The translations under genes and the position numbers were made by a program. DNA of 64,000 nucleotides from NCBI GenBank assembly GCA_964604175.1, contig CAZRYC010000002.1, forward strand, positions 5,215 to 69,214. Reading direction: 5' to 3'. Each line of letters opens with the position of its first letter. The stretch's first letter is position 1. The notes beneath the pieces are model-generated. The model worked only from the letters and a program-made list of their open reading frames with translations, was not told the origin of the DNA and searched no databases. Shown here piece after piece: positions 59,419 through 64,000 of this stretch. The stretch comes from an uncultured Bacteroides sp. GTDB taxonomy: Bacteria > Bacteroidota > Bacteroidia > Bacteroidales > Muribaculaceae.

Positions 59419-60786
59419 ATGACACACCAAACTTATACCCAGAAACCAAACCACGCTTACCTGCATGTGGAGCACGTGGTTCTTGGCTTCGATCACAAGG
59501 CTACAAAATCTTTTAGCGAGCAAGAAGCCTGTAATAATATCCTGAATGTGGAGCTTCCCCTCCAGCAACTCACTATAAGCGTAAAAACTCAGCTTTCGGT
59601 AGACGCTCAAGTGTACGGCGTCAACAATGACGATAGATTTACTACCCTCTTGGAATTGAGGCATGAGCATTCCGATAAAATTATCGGCCAGGCTGTTTCG
59701 CGCTTGAATCACCTGCGGGCATTTTCGTCTTCGGAGATGGTTATGAATGTTGCCGCCGAAGATTTAATCAGTGGCGAAACTTATATCCTAACCCTGAGTA
59801 CGGACAAATATGCCATCCATGGGGCTATGACAGCCTTCCGCTTTTATAAACCTGACGAGATGCCACAAACCGAAACTCTGGAGAAAGCACCCAACTGGGA
59901 GGCTTTCATGCAAGCAAACTATGACACCCACGGCTCTAAGTCGGCTTGGGAGCAGCTCGATGCGATGGTGGGCTTGGATAATGTAAAAGAGTCAATCAGG
60001 AAAATGGTTGCATTATGTTCGTGGAATGAAAAAAGAGTAAAACAAGGTTCGTATTCCATAAAAAATTCTCTCCATGCAATATTTCTCGGCAATCCCGGCA
60101 CTGGCAAAACCACTGTAGCCAAGCTATTGGGAGAAATCCTCAAAGAAGTGGGCGCCCTATCCAAGGGGCATGTTGTGGTCAAAGAACGCGCTTCCTTGAT
60201 TACAGAAAATTACGGAGGCGCAGAAAAGATGACAAAACAGGCAATCAGTGAGTCTCTTGGGGGTATTCTGCTCATTGACGAGGCATACCAGCTGTATCCT
60301 CCTAATGACCCAAAAGATCCTGGAAAAGAGGTAATCGGCAGCTTGATGACAGCCATGGCAGATCCTAAGTTGAAAGACTGGATGGTAATCCTTGCTGGTT
60401 ACACCAAGGAGACCTTAGCCTTATTGGATTTGAATCCTGGGCTGCGATCCAGAATAGCTCCTAACAATACCTTTGATTTTAAAGACTATAGTTGTGAAGA
60501 GCTTATGGAGATCGCTGAGAATTATTTGAGCAGCTGCGCAATCAAGCTCACATCGGAAGCTCGTGAAAAGCTTATCATAAAGATAGAGTCAGATTTGGCA
60601 AACAAAGACGAGCATTTCGGCAACGCGCGTTACATAATCTCTCTTATAGAGAACACTGTCGTGGTGAATTTGGCTTTCCGCACCAAAGATACTTACGATC
60701 CTGATGTGCTTAAAACCATTGAGGCGTGCGATATACCCGAGCCCTCCAACCCCGAGCCAAAGCCTAGGCTGGGATTTAGAATTTAG
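59419..60786 (+). CDS. AAA+ ATPase of the CbbX/SpoVK/EccA clade
   Basis: LDAMVGLDNVK, Walker A GNPGTGKTT, Walker B LLIDEAY, VILAGY, NPGLRSR, FGNAR. Confidence 0.92.
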   Translation: MTHQTYTQKPNHAYLHVEHVVLGFDHKATKSFSEQEACNNILNVELPLQQLTISVKTQLSVDAQVYGVNNDDRFTTLLELRHEHSDKIIGQAVSRLNHLRAFSSSEMVMNVAAEDLISGETYILTLSTDKYAIHGAMTAFRFYKPDEMPQTETLEKAPNWEAFMQANYDTHGSKSAWEQLDAMVGLDNVKESIRKMVALCSWNEKRVKQGSYSIKNSLHAIFLGNPGTGKTTVAKLLGEILKEVGALSKGHVVVKERASLITENYGGAEKMTKQAISESLGGILLIDEAYQLYPPNDPKDPGKEVIGSLMTAMADPKLKDWMVILAGYTKETLALLDLNPGLRSRIAPNNTFDFKDYSCEELMEIAENYLSSCAIKLTSEAREKLIIKIESDLANKDEHFGNARYIISLIENTVVVNLAFRTKDTYDPDVLKTIEACDIPEPSNPEPKPRLGFRI

Positions 60787-60889
60787 AGCAAATCAAATCA
60801 TTAGTGGCCACTAATGCTTTAACCACCTTAATATTAACCTCTTTCTGTGGAAGCCCATCTGACACAGAAATACAAAAAACAAAGAAAAT

Positions 60890-61357
60890 ATGAAAAAGTA
60901 TTTTAATCTCGCCATCACCTTGATGGTTGTAGTAATGTCTCTGACATTCGTATCATGCAGCAGCGATGATGATGAACCCTCCAACGGAGGAAGCAATCCC
61001 TCTGCCCTTATCGGCACATGGCAAGAGTTTTACGAGATGGATCTTGATGCCTCGGGCAATGAAGTAAGCGACAGTTGGTATGTCTCTGGCACCGACTGCG
61101 ACTATGTGAAGTTCAAGAGCGATGGCACATTCGTATGGGGCTGGCAAGAGGATGAAGTATACACCATGAGCGGCACCTATAAGTATGACTCTTCCAAGAA
61201 TACCATCACCCTGTCGTTGTATGGCTCTCCCTATGCACGGTGGGACATTTCGTCGCTCGATGATGAATATTTGCTAGTGAGAATATACGATCTCCAAGAA
61301 GGAATGTACACTTACGCAGTGATGTTCCAGAAAATCGCTAAATTCCCCTGGGAATAA
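60890..61357 (+). CDS. Lipocalin-like lipoprotein
   Basis: Lipobox FVSC-SSDDDE, LIGTW, FKSDGTF, GTYKY. Confidence 0.8.
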   Translation: MKKYFNLAITLMVVVMSLTFVSCSSDDDEPSNGGSNPSALIGTWQEFYEMDLDASGNEVSDSWYVSGTDCDYVKFKSDGTFVWGWQEDEVYTMSGTYKYDSSKNTITLSLYGSPYARWDISSLDDEYLLVRIYDLQEGMYTYAVMFQKIAKFPWE

Positions 61358-61451
61358 GCGCGCCACAACAAAAGACATTTTTATCCCGTCTGGCTAAGGG
61401 ACACAGCAACCCGTTCATCTGATAGTGATTTGATCACTACAGCCTTTGATC

Positions 61452-61487
61452 AAAATGGGGCTGTGGGCTCCACAACCCCATTTTTTA
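61452..61487 (+). terminator. Terminator hairpin
   Basis: aaaatggggctgtgg...ccacaaccccatttttt. Confidence 0.7.
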
Positions 61488-61592
61488 GTTTTTATCTCTA
61501 TAGCATCATTAAAGATGAAAACCCTGTGCAAGGAAATATTGCTTAACCCCTCTTTCTTTTGTCGAAAAGTCGCTTGAAAAAGTCCTTTGATT

Positions 61593-61609
61593 TTTAGAGC
61601 CTGTTTAAT
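61593..61609 (+). repeat. 17-bp direct repeat, copy 2
   Basis: TTTAGAGCCTGTTTAAT, identical to 55982-55998. Confidence 0.8.
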
Positions 61610-61650
61610 AAAAAGGATAGCCTAACGCAAATTATAGAAATTTAAAGATT

Positions 61651-62418
61651 ATGATTATTCAATACGCATCAGACCTGCATTTGGAGTTCTCAGCAAATGC
61701 AAATTACCTTTCTCAGTATCCTCTTAATCCAGTGGGCGACTTCTTGGTGCTCGCTGGAGACATAGGATTGCTTGGGCTTATGGATCATATTCAGCATCCT
61801 TTTTTCGATTGGTGTGCCCACAATTTTACCCAAACCTACATCATCCCCGGCAATCACGAGTATTACGAATGTGTGGATCTGGCCGATACTTTGGAGGGAT
61901 GGGAGCTGCCCTTGCGCGATAACGTGCGATACCTCAACAATCAGTCGATCAAAGTTGGAGATGCGGAAATCTTCTTCTCTACCTTGTGGTCGCCTGTGAC
62001 TCCAGAGCAGCGGAGTACAGTGCAAGGCGGCTTGAACGATTGTTACCGCATAGTGTACGAAGAGCGGGGCTTTTGTGCCGCTGATTATGCCAAGGTGCAT
62101 GCTATTTGCCTGGATTGGCTTAAAAAGGCCTTGGCAGCCTCCGATGCCAAGCGCAAGATTGTGGTGAGCCACCATTGTCCCACCTTCCGATTCGTGGATC
62201 CCCGACATCCTGACAGCCAAATCAATTCGGCATTCTGTGCCAACCTGGACGCTATGATAGAGGGCAGCGATATTGACTGCTGGATTTTCGGCCATACCCA
62301 TTACAACGGTGGAGCTGATCAACTTATAGGCAACACCCGGATGCTCACCAACCAGCTGGGATATGTGAAGTACAACGAACATGCCGCCTTCAGGCACGAT
62401 GCAGCCATCAAGTGGTAG
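61651..62418 (+). CDS. Calcineurin-like metallophosphoesterase
   Basis: SDLHLEF, LAGDIG, PGNHEYY, SHHCP, FGHTH. Confidence 0.93.
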   Translation: MIIQYASDLHLEFSANANYLSQYPLNPVGDFLVLAGDIGLLGLMDHIQHPFFDWCAHNFTQTYIIPGNHEYYECVDLADTLEGWELPLRDNVRYLNNQSIKVGDAEIFFSTLWSPVTPEQRSTVQGGLNDCYRIVYEERGFCAADYAKVHAICLDWLKKALAASDAKRKIVVSHHCPTFRFVDPRHPDSQINSAFCANLDAMIEGSDIDCWIFGHTHYNGGADQLIGNTRMLTNQLGYVKYNEHAAFRHDAAIKW

Positions 62419-62576
62419 GCCACACACCATGCGTGAAAGGCTGCTTCAACCTCCTGGAAGCCTTGGGCACGCGCTGGGAGGGCAGAGAGCATGAAGCGCT
62501 ATGGCTTTGCGATGCCCTGCTCAAAAGCTCCTATTTGGTAATCCAAGATGGCGTTTTTAAAGTGAGCACGCTTTGA
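62406..62576 (+). pseudogene. Possible C-terminal remnant of a second metallophosphoesterase
   Basis: Frame HQVVGHTPC...LWLCDALLKSSYLVIQDGVF* overlaps the upstream stop; VVGHT matches MPP motif V. Confidence 0.45.
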
Positions 62577-62612
62577 CATACTCCCACCCCTGAAGGAGTG
62601 GGAGTATGTCAA
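62573..62612. mobile_element. IS200/IS605-end-like palindrome (MITE/PATE-like remnant)
   Basis: TTGACATACTCCCAC-ccctgaagga-GTGGGAGTATGTCAA; 15-bp stem ending in GTCAA on both strands. Confidence 0.55.
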
Positions 62613-62616
62613 TACG

Positions 62617-63423
62617 CTATGGTTTTAAACTCGGTGTCAGATCTTCTTCCACCGTATTAGGGAAATCTTTTATAATTTCAGCCTTGGCAGTGTTTAGCAG
62701 CAAATGAGTGAAATCCTTTGACTTTTTCTCAAAATCTGTTGCATCGCATACTTCTAATAGTTTATAGCGCAGTTGCGAGGGTTTTTCTATCGACGCTTTC
62801 TGTGAAAGATATTCATAGTTTGGCTCTGTCAACTGCATCAGGAACATTGCGTCATAGAAGTCTCGTCCCTTACCTCTCGACATCAGAGCGGTCAACTTCA
62901 TTGATAGAAGAACATCGTCTGGAGGAGTGGGGATGTTGATATGAAAACCGCATCTGTCAATAGTTGAAATCTTTTTTTGATAATTCACCTGTTGGTCTTC
63001 AGCCTCAACCTTCAGCATAAATCTCTCCTCCCTATGCCCAGTCAGGCCCATATCGTACAGAATACCAGGGAAGAGTATGCTTCGACGGTAAGCACCCAAT
63101 TTATCGCTTTCCTTGTCTTTAGGTATAGCGTTCAAGCCCATGTTCCTGAAATTGGCGATTAGCCCGTCCGTCAGGCATCGGAAATCTTCCGCGCTTAAGT
63201 CCTTACAGTCGAAATCCAAATCTTCTGAGAATCGGTCTATGCCCTTGACAAGCCTTAGGTTGGTGCCACCGATAAAGCTTAATTTGTCAGCATCCCCGGA
63301 TTCTTTTGAAATGTATTCCAATGACGCAAGCTCCAAATATTCTTTGAGCAAGTGCTTGTCGAAATTAGTAACTTGCTTGATACTCGGAGGATAAAACTCC
63401 TTAATGTAAGACAGGTCTATCAT
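62617..63423 (-). CDS. abiEii: AbiEii/AbiGii nucleotidyltransferase toxin (type IV TA)
   Basis: FIGGTNLRL, RFSEDLDFD, KLTALMSR, RDFYD. Confidence 0.93.
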   Translation of the reverse strand: MIDLSYIKEFYPPSIKQVTNFDKHLLKEYLELASLEYISKESGDADKLSFIGGTNLRLVKGIDRFSEDLDFDCKDLSAEDFRCLTDGLIANFRNMGLNAIPKDKESDKLGAYRRSILFPGILYDMGLTGHREERFMLKVEAEDQQVNYQKKISTIDRCGFHINIPTPPDDVLLSMKLTALMSRGKGRDFYDAMFLMQLTEPNYEYLSQKASIEKPSQLRYKLLEVCDATDFEKKSKDFTHLLLNTAKAEIIKDFPNTVEEDLTPSLKP

Positions 63424-64000
63424 AGGCTTTTAGTAATGTATTAGTTCTTTTGTACAAAGTCTTTGAATTGATTCTTTTTGCGAATGCCTCAAGCCGGACT
63501 AAGTCAATTTCTTCCTCCATATAGTTTTCGTCGAATCGGAGTTCCCTCATATCGCCCATTGTTTGATATTGAGGGTGAAGATACAGAAAATCCAAAATGG
63601 CCTTTTCTGGAAGGGCAATGTTGAAATAAAACTTGTCTGGAGTAGGAAGAGGTCGGTAGCCAAATATAAGGCTAGGCTTTACAGTGTAATAATAAAAATT
63701 CCCTATATCTGTATAGATGCGACATGTCTTCTTTGCTGTAACTGATGTTATATCTATCACTGACTCTGGAATTATATCATAAAAGCACAGAGCGTACTCT
63801 AAACTTATGTATGAGGGACTGTATATTTTGTTCGCCACATATCGGCTAAACTCAGGTCGTAACATCGCTTCCTGTAACATATACCATTCCTTTCTAAGCT
63901 TATGTATGAAACCTTGCTTTTGCCATCGGGTGAGATTGTTGGTATTGAATTCTGGATTCCATGCCTTTATCTCATTGACGCATATCAAGCCTTGCTTTCT
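63401..64000 (-). CDS. abiEi: AbiEi-family antitoxin, probably 5'-truncated by the window edge
   Basis: NLTRWQKQGFIHKLRK wHTH, PSYISLEYAL, PEKAILDFLY; frame is open to base 64000; overlaps abiEii. Confidence 0.88.
   Translation of the reverse strand, partial: RKQGLICVNEIKAWNPEFNTNNLTRWQKQGFIHKLRKEWYMLQEAMLRPEFSRYVANKIYSPSYISLEYALCFYDIIPESVIDITSVTAKKTCRIYTDIGNFYYYTVKPSLIFGYRPLPTPDKFYFNIALPEKAILDFLYLHPQYQTMGDMRELRFDENYMEEEIDLVRLEAFAKRINSKTLYKRTNTLLKAYDRPVLH

Noticed and set aside
56000-64000. tRNA- or integrase-anchored ICE
   Set aside because: No tRNA, integrase, relaxase or transposase is recognisable in the window.

Overview
Chromosomal segment of a Bacteroidales bacterium (SusC/SusD pairs, TAnnTTTG -7 promoter boxes, BtuG/BtuB; a gut Muribaculaceae/Prevotella-like origin is inference). 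From 1-16 kb: two paralogous surface lipoproteins with C-terminal beta-propellers, then two tandem SusC/SusD pairs with no CAZymes. From 16-56 kb, mostly core genes: muramidase, pepD, a small membrane ORF missed by the track, ompH, yqeY-serS-pheS-nth-DUF1573-rnz-tadA-lpxB-mscS, tcdA, dcp, pyrE, cvpA-sufBCDS, flavin reductase/rubredoxin, IMPase, two NhaC-family transporters, a GH133/GT4/GH57 glycogen cluster, a cobalamin-riboswitch btuB-G-F-C operon lacking btuD, and a SusA-like GH13. From 56 kb to the end is an accessory region: ATPase remnant, AT-rich 810-aa orphan, CbbX/SpoVK AAA+ ATPase, lipocalin-like lipoprotein, metallophosphoesterase and an AbiEi/AbiEii type IV TA pair. The most unusual signal is non-coding: at least eight intergenic gaps hold degenerate, often self-palindromic micro-arrays with 7, 8, 9, 10 or 13-bp units (TCGA every 10 bp; CCTAGG every 9 bp; inverted (TTTTCAG)4/(CTGAAAA)8 around a promoter). 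They usually follow a stop codon or terminator, and they bracket the muramidase gene and the second SusC/D pair. Other signals: a 17-bp direct repeat around part of the accessory region, an IS200/IS605-end-like palindrome, and a 25-bp tandem duplication at yqeY/serS. No tRNA, rRNA, CRISPR, integrase or transposase was recognised. All calls come from reading the sequence; no searches were run.
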